A stretch of 64,000 bases of DNA from positions 41,192-105,191 of the IMG/VR virus record IMGVR_UViG_3300020469_000020. The stretch is one strand, 5' to 3'. Below the pieces are notes generated by a model. That model saw only the letters and a program-made list of their open reading frames with translations. It was not told the origin of the DNA and ran no database searches. Origin of the DNA: a virus. Shown here in pieces: positions 48,130-57,931 of the stretch. How positions within the stretch are numbered: position 1 is the first letter of the stretch; each line of letters opens with the position of its first letter. The translations under genes were made by a program, and so were the position numbers.

Positions 48130-48187
48130 AATCTCCTTTGCTATTTGTATTTCGAATTAGTATAGCAAAGGAGATTGAAAATGTCAA
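48130..48187 (-). promoter_or_regulatory. Promoter TTGACA-N17-TATACT with a 15-bp inverted repeat covering the RBS
   Basis: Arms 48130-48144 and 48162-48176 are perfect reverse complements. Confidence 0.8.
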
Positions 48188-48199
48188 GTAAAAAATCTA

Positions 48200-49192
48200 T
48201 TATTTATTAAATTTTTTCACATAATCTGTAACTACTTTGTATTTTCTGACTACCTCATCCATAGACTCTCCGTCTCTAAATGACTGTTTATCAAGTTGTT
48301 TTTGAGAATCTCCGTTCGGCCATATTCTCCAACTATCATTATCTATAACGTCAGACACTAATATTTCATTAGTTTGCTTACACTTACCCATTTCTATTTT
48401 GAGATCAACTAACTCTACATCAAACTCTTCCCAAGATTTTTCTAACAACATAAATGTATCAAACATTAATTTTATCATTATTTGATATTCATAAGGTGTA
48501 ATCAAACTATCTATTGTACAAAGTTTATTTTTATGTGTGGGTTCTTCTTTAGCAGAATATAAATCCATTTTAAATCCTGTTTTATCATTTTCATTTCCAT
48601 TTTTTTCTCTCCAATCACCCCAATTAAAAATAGCATATGGGTCGGTATAAACAGGTAAAATCCACTCACCATCTTTCATATATTTTTTTCTTGCAGTATC
48701 TTCTGGAACTAATCCCCAATCAAAATCTTTATCTTCTTCATCTGAGTGTAAAAAGTGATCATATTTTACATAAGAATACTTATGAAAAAATTCATATAAT
48801 GGTTTTCCTTTTACTCCTCTATCACTAAGTCCAAATTTAAATCCTTTTTTTATTTGTGGATTTCTTTTCAAATAACTTCCAAATGCTGTTCTTCTTATTA
48901 CACATTCATATGGAATCATATCACAATTACGTGCAATAAAACTTGAATTATCTAATTGTCTAACAAATGAATTTGCTATATTATTTTTAGTTAATAATTT
49001 AAATATTTCACAATTTTGTATAGTTTTTTCTTCTGCTACTTCTACTTCTGTTTTTTTCGCAGCATCATAAGCAGTTAACACATTTTTAGTAGAAATTTTC
49101 AACAGATTTTTAAACTCATCACTATGCTCTTCGTAGCGAACATTTGTAAATGGTGTAAGTATTTTAGTTTTTCCCTCTATTGTTTCCGACAT
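48200..49192 (-). CDS. purC: SAICAR synthetase (PAICS-like subtype, with insertions)
   Basis: EGKTK, MIPYECVIRRTAFGSYLKRNP, LVDLKIEMG, DVIDNDSWRIWP, DKQ. Confidence 0.92.
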   Translation of the reverse strand: MSETIEGKTKILTPFTNVRYEEHSDEFKNLLKISTKNVLTAYDAAKKTEVEVAEEKTIQNCEIFKLLTKNNIANSFVRQLDNSSFIARNCDMIPYECVIRRTAFGSYLKRNPQIKKGFKFGLSDRGVKGKPLYEFFHKYSYVKYDHFLHSDEEDKDFDWGLVPEDTARKKYMKDGEWILPVYTDPYAIFNWGDWREKNGNENDKTGFKMDLYSAKEEPTHKNKLCTIDSLITPYEYQIMIKLMFDTFMLLEKSWEEFDVELVDLKIEMGKCKQTNEILVSDVIDNDSWRIWPNGDSQKQLDKQSFRDGESMDEVVRKYKVVTDYVKKFNK

Positions 49193-49196
49193 ATTG

Positions 49197-49817
49197 CTAA
49201 TCTCTTTTAAAAAAGCTTCTACCCATTACTAGGTAATCTGCTCCGTTTTTTATTGCTTCTTCTGGTGTGGATACTCTAATTTGATCTTGTTTATCATCAA
49301 TATCATATCTTATTCCAGGACAAATTTTTTTAAGTTCATGCGAATCCAATATATCTTCTTTAAGAAGTAACAAATCTTTTGGTGAGCATATCATTCCCCA
49401 AAATCCATTATCCTTCATTAACATTGTGGATCTTTTGTAAAGATTGTATGCACTCTTATTATAAACAGTCCGAGTGTCATCATAGTCCCAACTTGTTAGA
49501 AATGTTACACCTAGTAATTTAATTTTGTCTGCATATTTTTTTAACGATTCAATTGCTTTTAAATTATTATTCATATGAACTGTTACCATATCGGCACCAG
49601 TATCTATCAAATGTTCAACTACACTACACATTGTATTTGGTATATCATATAATTTGTAATCACAGAATATAGTTCTATGATTAGTTTTTGTATATGGATA
49701 TAAAATATGATTTAATTTAAATGCATATACTTTATATTTCCACTCTTGAATTATTTTATCAGCCTCTTCTACAGTATAATTATCTAAAGCGACTATAGTT
49801 TTTGAATTAATATTCAT
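49197..49817 (-). CDS. pyrF: Orotidine-5'-phosphate decarboxylase
   Basis: IVALD, DYKLYDIPNT, PGIR, GADYLVMGRS. Confidence 0.93.
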   Translation of the reverse strand: MNINSKTIVALDNYTVEEADKIIQEWKYKVYAFKLNHILYPYTKTNHRTIFCDYKLYDIPNTMCSVVEHLIDTGADMVTVHMNNNLKAIESLKKYADKIKLLGVTFLTSWDYDDTRTVYNKSAYNLYKRSTMLMKDNGFWGMICSPKDLLLLKEDILDSHELKKICPGIRYDIDDKQDQIRVSTPEEAIKNGADYLVMGRSFFKRD

Positions 49818-51085
49818 TTTTTACCGATATAATATTGAACACTTGTCAAATAAACACAATTTATAAATACATCCATTGCTTTTTCAAGTTCTTTTATTTG
49901 TGGAAATGTAGGAGATATTCTAATATTTTTATTTTCTGGATCTATTCCATATGGAAATGTTGAACCTGCTGGTGTTAATTTAACTCCGGCTTCTGCAGAT
50001 AATTCTACAACTTTTTTTGCAAGTCCTGGAATAGTATCAAAAGAAATAAAATAACCTCCGACAGGTTTAGTCCAAGTTCCGATGCCGTAATTATTTAAAC
50101 CATAATATAGTTTTTTCAAAACAGTTTCAAACTTGTAACGAATAATTGATGCATGTTCTTTCATTTGATTCCTTACTGATACGATATTAGGAAACATTTT
50201 AGAATGTCTCAATTGATTTACCTTATTAGGACATATTCTGAACACTGTTAAATGATCAAGCATGGTTTGTATATTATTTTTAGAAGCACCTAAAAAGCTT
50301 ATACCACTTCCAGCATGTGTTACTTTACTTGTAGAACCAAAAAGAAAAACATTATCTTCTGTATTATATGACTTACAGAATTTCATAATACTTGCTAATT
50401 CTTTTTTATCAAAATGGTCATGAACGGCATATGCATTATCCCATATAACAAAGAAATCATCACCTGTTATCGTTCCTAGTTTAGCAATTCTATTTACAGT
50501 TTTTTCATCATAAACAGTACCTGTTGGATTTGAATATTTTGGAACTGTAAAGATTCCTTTTACATTTTTTTCCTTTACTAATTTCTCTACTAAATCCATA
50601 TCAGGACCAGATTCCAGTAGAGGAACATTTATCATAGGAATACCAAGTTTTTCAGCAATACCAAAATGTCTATCATAACCAGGAACTACAGCAATAAAAA
50701 CAGGATCTTCTTGTTGTAGCCAAGGTTTATTTTCACCGTATCCATAATGTGCTCCTACATGCATGACCTGATACATTAATGTTAATGAACTATTATCACT
50801 AGCAATTACTTCATCTATCTCTAAATCCAACCAATCTGCTCCTAGTCTTCTCGCTTCTAATATACCTTCTTGATTACCATAATTTCTTGTATCTATACCA
50901 GTTTCAGAAATATAATTTCCTCCTAATATTCCATCTATATGGTCAGACAAATTTAACTGATTTACAGATGGTTTACCTCTTGTTAGGTCTAATTTCAATC
51001 CGCTATTTTTAAATTCATTATGTCTTGTTAAAAACTTTTCTTCCAATTCAGATAAGAATTCTTTATCATGATCTTTAATCATCAT
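49814..51085 (-). CDS. PLP-dependent aminotransferase (Rv3722c/AspT-like aspartate aminotransferase family)
   Basis: LKLDLTRGKPS, VPGYDRHF, VPKYSNPTG, WDNAY, STSKVT. Confidence 0.88.
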   Translation of the reverse strand: MMIKDHDKEFLSELEEKFLTRHNEFKNSGLKLDLTRGKPSVNQLNLSDHIDGILGGNYISETGIDTRNYGNQEGILEARRLGADWLDLEIDEVIASDNSSLTLMYQVMHVGAHYGYGENKPWLQQEDPVFIAVVPGYDRHFGIAEKLGIPMINVPLLESGPDMDLVEKLVKEKNVKGIFTVPKYSNPTGTVYDEKTVNRIAKLGTITGDDFFVIWDNAYAVHDHFDKKELASIMKFCKSYNTEDNVFLFGSTSKVTHAGSGISFLGASKNNIQTMLDHLTVFRICPNKVNQLRHSKMFPNIVSVRNQMKEHASIIRYKFETVLKKLYYGLNNYGIGTWTKPVGGYFISFDTIPGLAKKVVELSAEAGVKLTPAGSTFPYGIDPENKNIRISPTFPQIKELEKAMDVFINCVYLTSVQYYIGKK

Positions 51086-51369
51086 ACTAATTCACTCCAT
51101 ATTTTAAGTTTATCTTTTTTAACTTTTACTCTGGCATTTAATTCTTCCCAATCTGTAATATTATGTTCTACCATTAAATTTATCATACATAAAACATCAC
51201 CAACTTCCTCTATTAATTTTATTCTTTGTTCTTCTTCTATTTGATCTATTTTTTCATATTTGCGAATTATTTTACTACATCTTTGTGTAAGTTCTCCGCA
51301 TTCTTCAGCGGTAATAATCATTAATTGTTGAAGAGTATTGATAGGATTTTTTTGCAAATTATTTCTCAA
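51082..51369 (-). CDS. MazG-like nucleotide pyrophosphohydrolase
   Basis: EECGEL...EEVGDV acidic motifs. Confidence 0.8.
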   Translation of the reverse strand: MRNNLQKNPINTLQQLMIITAEECGELTQRCSKIIRKYEKIDQIEEEQRIKLIEEVGDVLCMINLMVEHNITDWEELNARVKVKKDKLKIWSELV

Positions 51370-51722
51370 TTAAATGTTTCATCTTTTTTAGGACCAGTCA
51401 TAAAAAACATTTTTCTTTTAGAAGCTTCCAATAACATATGTTGTTTATAAACTCTTTTACTTTGTATGTCTTTTATTAATTCAAATCCATCATTAGGATT
51501 ATCATACCACGTAGAGTGATATGAACACTTACCATCATTTCCACGTTTCCATCTCAAGTGAAGTATTCCAATAATATCTCCTGTTTCTGGATTTTTAAAT
51601 CCTTGCATAATATCTGTCATTCCAAGAGAAGGTAAAAACTTATATTTAATATCTGATTTTATCATTAAGCGATATTGTTCTTCACAAACTTTTCTAAACT
51701 CCTGTTTTTCTTCCTCACTCAT
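51366..51722 (-). CDS. Hypothetical protein
   Basis: 118 aa, translationally coupled. Confidence 0.6.
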   Translation of the reverse strand: MSEEEKQEFRKVCEEQYRLMIKSDIKYKFLPSLGMTDIMQGFKNPETGDIIGILHLRWKRGNDGKCSYHSTWYDNPNDGFELIKDIQSKRVYKQHMLLEASKRKMFFMTGPKKDETFN

Positions 51723-53008
51723 TTTTTAAAAACTTTATCGTAGATATAATCTATATTTTTTATATATCTTTTGGGATTAAATATTAAATCAATTTCATCT
51801 AAGCTGAGTATTCCTCTATCTTTAAAAGATATTTTAAAATAATCTTCATTATGTGCAGCCTCTTGAACCACTTTATATGCTTCTTCTCTTGTGTAATTTT
51901 TTTCCTTAATCAAATATAATAACACTTGTTGGGAATAAACTAAACCATTTGAACTATTTAAATTTTCAAACATGCGTTTTTCGTTAACAACCATATTATC
52001 TACAACACTTTTAGTTCTATTCAGTGCAAAAGCTAAGTGAACAAAAGTATCTGGTAATATAATTCTTTCTGCACTAGAATGACTAATATCTCTTTCATGC
52101 CATAAGGCAACATTTTCAAGGGCAGGAACAATTGCCATTCTTATTACTCTACACAATCCAGTTAAATTTTCAGTTAATATTGGATTCTTTTTATGAGGCA
52201 TAGCACTAGAACCTTTTTGTCCAGCAGTAAAAGATTCTATTACTTCATTAACTTCTGTTCTTTGTAAATGTCTAATTTCTACTGCAAATCTTTCAATACA
52301 ACTTGCTGTTATGGATAGATGAGATATTAATAACGCAATTCTATCTCTTGGTATTACTTGTGTAGAAATATCTTCAGGATATATTTGAATTTTATTTGCA
52401 AGAGTTTCTTCAACAACTGGGTCAATCATAGAAAAAGTTCCTACAGCGCCACTACACTTTATTCTCAACATGTTATCAATATTATCGCTCAATAACTTTT
52501 CACATCTATCAAATGCTGTATAATGACTTAAAAGCTTTAATCCAAATGTCATTGGTTCGGCATGTATTCCATGTGAACGTCCAACACAATATGTATTCTT
52601 GTGTTTTAAAGCTTGCTTTTTTAAAGATTCTTTTAGTTCTTTTAATTTTTCTATTATTATTTTTAGAGAACTTCTTATCTGAATTGCAAGACCTGTATCA
52701 ATTAGATCTTGACTTGTCATACCGTAATGAACATATTTACTAGGTTCACCTAGTATTTTTGCTAGATGAGTTAAAAAAGCAATTATATCATGCTTAGTTA
52801 CTGATTCTATTTCAGAGATTTTTTCAACAAATCCTTCGTGTAAACACTCATCTTTTTTCAGATGCATATATTTGCTTACAGAAGACGGTATATGTCCTAG
52901 ATTACCGTTTATTTCACAAACGGCATTTTCAATATCAAACCAAATTTTAAATTTATTTTCTTCACTCCATATCTCAGCAACTTCTTTATCTGTATATCTT
53001 TCATGCAT
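51719..53008 (-). CDS. purB: Adenylosuccinate lyase
   Basis: HYGMTSQD, GRSHGIHAEP, GSSAMPHKKNP, WHERDISHSSAER. Confidence 0.97.
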   Translation of the reverse strand: MHERYTDKEVAEIWSEENKFKIWFDIENAVCEINGNLGHIPSSVSKYMHLKKDECLHEGFVEKISEIESVTKHDIIAFLTHLAKILGEPSKYVHYGMTSQDLIDTGLAIQIRSSLKIIIEKLKELKESLKKQALKHKNTYCVGRSHGIHAEPMTFGLKLLSHYTAFDRCEKLLSDNIDNMLRIKCSGAVGTFSMIDPVVEETLANKIQIYPEDISTQVIPRDRIALLISHLSITASCIERFAVEIRHLQRTEVNEVIESFTAGQKGSSAMPHKKNPILTENLTGLCRVIRMAIVPALENVALWHERDISHSSAERIILPDTFVHLAFALNRTKSVVDNMVVNEKRMFENLNSSNGLVYSQQVLLYLIKEKNYTREEAYKVVQEAAHNEDYFKISFKDRGILSLDEIDLIFNPKRYIKNIDYIYDKVFKK

Positions 53009-53009
53009 A

Positions 53010-54446
53010 TTACACCATTTTCATTATTCTTTTTTTACCATTTTCAGTAGGATAATTACCATCAATACATGCTAAACATAATTCTTTTTCTGTCTTAATA
53101 TTAATACTATCTAAAAGTCCAGTATAAGAAAGATATTTAAGACTGTCAGCATCAAAATCATTATGACTAGGTAATGACTTTCCTGCATATAACTCCTGTA
53201 TTGTAGGAAAATCTATACCATAAAAACATGGTGAAACTATGGGAGGTGAACCTATTCTCAAATGTATTTCTTTTACTTCACACCATTCCCTTAAAATTTT
53301 AACAAGTTCATATAAAGTAGAACCTCTAACAATACTATCATCAACAAGTATTATTTTTTTATCTTTTAGTATTTCTTTTATAAAACTAAATTTTTGACGA
53401 ACACGGGTCTTTCTATCATCACTGGAAATAAATGTTCTGCCTATTTGATGATTTTTTATAATACCCAACACATAAGGAAGTTTCATAGCATTTGCATACT
53501 TATTTCCTGCTACATAAGAAGTATCAGGAACAGGCACTACGATCCAATCATCTCCTTTAAAATCACCTGTTTCTTCTCTTGCTAAATTTTCACCAATTCT
53601 TGTTCTTGTATTATACATATTTATTTCATCCATAACACTGGCGTTATGAGCAAAATAAATGTACTCAAAAAAACAATGATTTATTTTAATTGGTTTAGCA
53701 TATTCTTTTAAATAAAATTCCTTATCATTTGCTATAAGAACATTTCCAGGTGGAATATCATATGATTCTATTTGCAAATTAGATAAGACACAACTTTCAC
53801 TCGCTACAACTAATAAATCATCTTTAAATCCATAACATAATGGATGAAAGCCATCTACATCTCTACTCGCAAAAAAGTTTCCTTCTGCATTTACAAATGA
53901 TAAATTCCAAGCACCATCAAAAACAGTGTTTAATGACTTTAATATTTCTATAAAATCTAAATCTTCTTTTGGACTATTCTTTTGAATATAGCGACTAATA
54001 TAATGCATTATAATTTCAGTGTCACTATCATAGGTCATATTATAACCTATTTTTTCTAAGTCATTCTTTAGTTGATCAAAGTTACTAAGATTACCATTAT
54101 ATGCAATACTAAACCATTTGTTTAATCTTCCATGAGGTCTTTCAAATGGTTGCGCTAACGTATCAGAATCATCACCACTTGTGGCGTATCTTGAATGACC
54201 AATGCCTATATTTCCTGAATAATTTTCTTTAATTTTATCTAACTTATATCTATGATTTACTCTGAATACTTCATCTACTTTTCCGTTTTCTTTATAGGTC
54301 TGAAGTATTCTTTTTCTGTTTTTATTATAAGTTGTGATACCAGCACTAAGTTGTCCTCTATGCTGTAAGTCCATTAAAGATTTTATTAAGTCAGAAACAA
54401 CATTATAATCTTTGTTATACGAATAAAATCCTACAATTCCACACAA
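53010..54446 (-). CDS. purF: Amidophosphoribosyltransferase
   Basis: N-terminal CGIVG, LQHRGQ, GHSRYAT, VDDSIVRGST, PCFYGIDF; TTG start. Confidence 0.96.
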   Translation of the reverse strand: MCGIVGFYSYNKDYNVVSDLIKSLMDLQHRGQLSAGITTYNKNRKRILQTYKENGKVDEVFRVNHRYKLDKIKENYSGNIGIGHSRYATSGDDSDTLAQPFERPHGRLNKWFSIAYNGNLSNFDQLKNDLEKIGYNMTYDSDTEIIMHYISRYIQKNSPKEDLDFIEILKSLNTVFDGAWNLSFVNAEGNFFASRDVDGFHPLCYGFKDDLLVVASESCVLSNLQIESYDIPPGNVLIANDKEFYLKEYAKPIKINHCFFEYIYFAHNASVMDEINMYNTRTRIGENLAREETGDFKGDDWIVVPVPDTSYVAGNKYANAMKLPYVLGIIKNHQIGRTFISSDDRKTRVRQKFSFIKEILKDKKIILVDDSIVRGSTLYELVKILREWCEVKEIHLRIGSPPIVSPCFYGIDFPTIQELYAGKSLPSHNDFDADSLKYLSYTGLLDSINIKTEKELCLACIDGNYPTENGKKRIMKMV

Positions 54447-54461
54447 TATTATTCTCTATAA

Positions 54462-55388
54462 TTAGTAAAATAAAGAAGATACACTTTCCTTATTATGAAC
54501 TCTTCTTACCGTTTCTCCTAACAAGTTATTCAAACTAATTTGTCTGACTTTAGTGTTTGAAACTTGAGATTTCTTTTGAATAGAATTACTAATTACAAGT
54601 TCTTCAATACTACTATTAATAATTCTTTGCTCGGCATCACTACTTAAAACACCGTGAGTAATATATGCTCTAACAGATGCAGCACCGTCCTCAATAAGAG
54701 CATTTGCACAATTGATTAATGTACCACAAGTATCGGCAATATCATCTACAATAATGCAATTTTTATCTTTAACATCTCCTACAATATGTAATACTTCACT
54801 TTTGTTTTTTTCTTCTCTTCTTTTATCTATAATAGCTATTGGAGAATTTAAATGTTTTGCAAAGTGTCTAGTTCTCACAGCACCACCAACATCTGGCGAT
54901 ACAATGCACATATCTTGTATCCAACAATCTTTTATATCTTTTAGAAATACAGGTCTTGCAGTTAAGTCATCAACAGGTATGTCAAAGAATCCTTGAATTT
55001 GTCCAGCATGTAAATCAACTGTTACAATACGGTCTGCGCCAGCTACTTGCAACATATCAGCAATAAGTTTAGCACTAATAGGAGTTCTTGAGCGAGGTTT
55101 ACGATCTTGTCTTGCGTATCCGAAGTAAGGTATGATAACTGTGATTTCTTGTACACTTGCACGTTTACAAGCGTCAATAATCACAAGAAGTTCCATAATA
55201 TTTGCATCACCTAATGTGGATTGAATTATAAATATTTCTTTGCCACGTATGTTTCTGTTTATTTCAACATATACTTCACCGTCTGCAAATCTAGATATTT
55301 CAATATCACATAAAGTTGTTTCACAATAGTTAGCAATTTCACTTGCCATTAATTGATTTTGAGAACCGCTGATTATAACCATGTTCAA
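54462..55388 (-). CDS. prs: Ribose-phosphate pyrophosphokinase
   Basis: FADGE, PYFGYARQDRK, DLHAGQIQGFF, VDDIADTCGT. Confidence 0.97.
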   Translation of the reverse strand: MNMVIISGSQNQLMASEIANYCETTLCDIEISRFADGEVYVEINRNIRGKEIFIIQSTLGDANIMELLVIIDACKRASVQEITVIIPYFGYARQDRKPRSRTPISAKLIADMLQVAGADRIVTVDLHAGQIQGFFDIPVDDLTARPVFLKDIKDCWIQDMCIVSPDVGGAVRTRHFAKHLNSPIAIIDKRREEKNKSEVLHIVGDVKDKNCIIVDDIADTCGTLINCANALIEDGAASVRAYITHGVLSSDAEQRIINSSIEELVISNSIQKKSQVSNTKVRQISLNNLLGETVRRVHNKESVSSLFY

Positions 55389-55399
55389 TCCATGTAAAA

Positions 55400-55846
55400 T
55401 TATCTTCTCATAGAGGCTAAATCTTTAGCTTGATTAGAATTGATAACAGGAACAGCATTAGATTTATGCATTGTAGCCACTCCCGTTACCAAAGACCCAG
55501 TGTATTCACGATTTTCTGTATTTACAATGGGTACGAAACCACTATTTAAACTAGGTATTTTTTGTTCTGGTCTAATATATGGTTTCTCTTCAGAGGGCAA
55601 CTTTCTATTCTTTACCCTTGAATAACCGTATTTATATGCTAGGAATTCATCATATGTTTTTTGCATATGATGACAATGTAGTTGACGCATTTCTTTATTG
55701 TATTGACGATGCTCTTGTTCTAATTTTTGTTTTGGAGTTTGTTTTCCACCTTTAATTCTTCTCATTTTTTCACCAAGATGAAGTGTAATAGATAAGAGAA
55801 CCTTTTGAAAGAGCATCAAGCATTGTGTTTGCTTTTTCAAGGTCAT
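55400..55846 (-). CDS. Conserved T4-like phage hypothetical protein
   Basis: C-terminal YTG...GVATMHKSNAVPV motif; real start probably at MRRIKG. Confidence 0.7.
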   Translation of the reverse strand: MTLKKQTQCLMLFQKVLLSITLHLGEKMRRIKGGKQTPKQKLEQEHRQYNKEMRQLHCHHMQKTYDEFLAYKYGYSRVKNRKLPSEEKPYIRPEQKIPSLNSGFVPIVNTENREYTGSLVTGVATMHKSNAVPVINSNQAKDLASMRR

Positions 55847-56240
55847 TTTCTTTTAACAAACCTTCAGATGAACCAAAAAAGAAACCAGATGTTGATGGAA
55901 GATTGTCTTTTTCAATATCTTCTTTTAATCTCTTAATATCTTCTTCAAATAAAAATACTACATCGTGATTGAAATCCGAATTAGAAGAACCATTTTTTTC
56001 ATAAAATAGTGTTTTCATCCAACCATGTAAATCTGGATGTTTTCTCCAATAACAAAGTTCATCACTCATTCCGTATGGAATACCTGTTGTTGGATATTGC
56101 TTAAAATAATTATCAATATTAAACTCAACAGGTTTTCCATTAACTGAATACGCATTTGATTCCATTACTGATGATACAAAGTTTGACAGTGTTTTTTTAT
56201 TCCACTTATCAACTTTTCTTACATACATATCAAGTCCCAT
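55770..56240 (-). CDS. Conserved phage hypothetical protein (MGLDMY family)
   Basis: MGLDMY...YWRKHPDLHGWM...GFFFGS...YYTSSW. Confidence 0.75.
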   Translation of the reverse strand: MGLDMYVRKVDKWNKKTLSNFVSSVMESNAYSVNGKPVEFNIDNYFKQYPTTGIPYGMSDELCYWRKHPDLHGWMKTLFYEKNGSSNSDFNHDVVFLFEEDIKRLKEDIEKDNLPSTSGFFFGSSEGLLKENDLEKANTMLDALSKGSLIYYTSSW

Positions 56241-56248
56241 AATTCCTC

Positions 56249-56434
56249 TTATCGTGAATAGATTTTTTTACCAGATTCACTGTAAACAGTGGCAGATACA
56301 AATCCAGGATCAGAGAGTTCTTCTCTTGCTATTTGTTCTGCTGCACGTTTAGTTAATCTACCATTTGCTTGATACCCATCAATAACAACAGTTTGATCAT
56401 CAACTGTTCTGATTTTTAATTTATACTCAAACAT
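56249..56434 (-). CDS. Small hypothetical protein
   Basis: 61-aa ORF within the operon. Confidence 0.55.
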   Translation of the reverse strand: MFEYKLKIRTVDDQTVVIDGYQANGRLTKRAAEQIAREELSDPGFVSATVYSESGKKIYSR

Positions 56435-56450
56435 TATAACCTTTTTTTGT

Positions 56451-57428
56451 TTAGCAATACTTACTCAAACGGTCAGCATTTTTAACACCAGAAGAAAGAA
56501 CATTTGCATAATTTAAAACAGTTCTCATGTTTGGCATTGCAAGAGAACCATCATTATACTTGTCAATAATACTTGTCAGTGCCTTTTCTGCAATTCTGGC
56601 ATTTGTCAATTTATGAACAATATTCTTCATCCGTGTGAATACTTGTGTATCATTCAAAGTCAAATCAATACAAACTGAACGTGATTGCACTGCTTTATCA
56701 AAACTATCTGCAGACCTGTTAGAGATGAAAACAATTTGACCTTTGAAGGTAAATCTGTTTGGAAGTGCAACGTCAGTTTCACCGTTCATCAAAGCGGCTC
56801 TGGCTTCTCTCTCTACAGTGTTCTTTGTATCTTTTTGCATACCAACAACATTGACCATTTTTTTAGAAGACCATGATATTTCACGGACATCATATGAATC
56901 TAGTGCGGCTTTTAAAATAGAAGCACAATCTTCATTCGTAAACAAATCATCTAAGTCATCAAAAACAATCACTTTATCATGATGAAGAAATAGTGTCATA
57001 TACAATCCAAGCGGAGAAATCTTGGACTTGAGAACAATATAATCACGGTCTTTTGACATTTTCTTTTTAGTGAGTGAATCTAAAACGGTATGTGTTTTTC
57101 CAATACCAGCATTACCAGTGACAATCAAAGAATTGATTTTTTTTGTTGAAACAACATCCATCAACATTTCCAAATCTTCAAAAATTTCTTCTGTTGCTTG
57201 ATCTTGACCAAGTGAGGAATAGACAACTTTTGTTCTACCTGCACGGGCTACATTTATAGCGGAAAACTGATATTGATTTCGGCCGACAACATTATCATTC
57301 CATCCACCTGGACGGGCTACTCCTCTATATGCTGCATAAGATTTAATCTCTGCTCTTGAGAAAACATCTTTACCATAATGTGAAATGATACCTTTGCCAA
57401 ATGCGTCAAGTGTGATTCGCTTTGCCAT
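56451..57428 (-). CDS. AAA-type P-loop ATPase
   Basis: GNAGIGKT Walker A, VIVFDD Walker B, ILKAALDS, FISN, SRS. Confidence 0.85.
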   Translation of the reverse strand: MAKRITLDAFGKGIISHYGKDVFSRAEIKSYAAYRGVARPGGWNDNVVGRNQYQFSAINVARAGRTKVVYSSLGQDQATEEIFEDLEMLMDVVSTKKINSLIVTGNAGIGKTHTVLDSLTKKKMSKDRDYIVLKSKISPLGLYMTLFLHHDKVIVFDDLDDLFTNEDCASILKAALDSYDVREISWSSKKMVNVVGMQKDTKNTVEREARAALMNGETDVALPNRFTFKGQIVFISNRSADSFDKAVQSRSVCIDLTLNDTQVFTRMKNIVHKLTNARIAEKALTSIIDKYNDGSLAMPNMRTVLNYANVLSSGVKNADRLSKYC

Positions 57429-57458
57429 TGTCAATCTCTCTTGCGAGGGTCAGTAATC

Positions 57459-57521
57459 TGAGGAGTGTCGCTCACTCCTCACTCAATGATCAGATCGTAT
57501 CAGATGGGAAGAAAATGTCAA
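57459..57521 (-). promoter_or_regulatory. Early promoter cassette with leader hairpin
   Basis: TTGACA-N16-TACGAT-CTGATC; 9-bp hairpin TGAGGAGTG/CACTCCTCA at 57459-57481. Confidence 0.75.
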
Positions 57522-57535
57522 GGGGAAAACCAGAT

Positions 57536-57886
57536 TTAAGCGGTTTTTACAAATGCCTTATTCCACTTACCTACACTCCAATGAGTATAGTAACCGCAGC
57601 AGAAATAATCAATTTGGGGATTGGAGTTGTCAAAATTTGGAACTGCTTTGTCAACAGCTTTAATCATTTTTTTGAAGATTTTTCCATCAGTGTGATTTTC
57701 GGGATAATACTCATTCAACTGAAGATATCCACTATAGCTTGATGCTCCAAAATCTTTTGGACCACTGAGGATAGAGATGTTGACCCCAGTGTGATTGGAG
57801 TTGGTTACTGAAAATTTGAATTGCTTGAATTCTGATTTGAGTGTAGTGCGAATCTTCTTGGTATCGTCTGCGCTTAGATATGCCAT
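57536..57886 (-). CDS. Early protein, LPD29-like domain
   Basis: KIRTTLK.EF..FKFSV...NSNPQIDYF pattern. Confidence 0.55.
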   Translation of the reverse strand: MAYLSADDTKKIRTTLKSEFKQFKFSVTNSNHTGVNISILSGPKDFGASSYSGYLQLNEYYPENHTDGKIFKKMIKAVDKAVPNFDNSNPQIDYFCCGYYTHWSVGKWNKAFVKTA

Positions 57887-57931
57887 TTTGAATCTCTTTG
57901 GGGTTGGGAATCAAACTGTCTCGCTCACCAT

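Noticed and set aside
48125-48187. N-terminal extension of the 206-aa ORF
   Set aside because: The called start is the TTG of the -35 box; the SD points to ATG 48124
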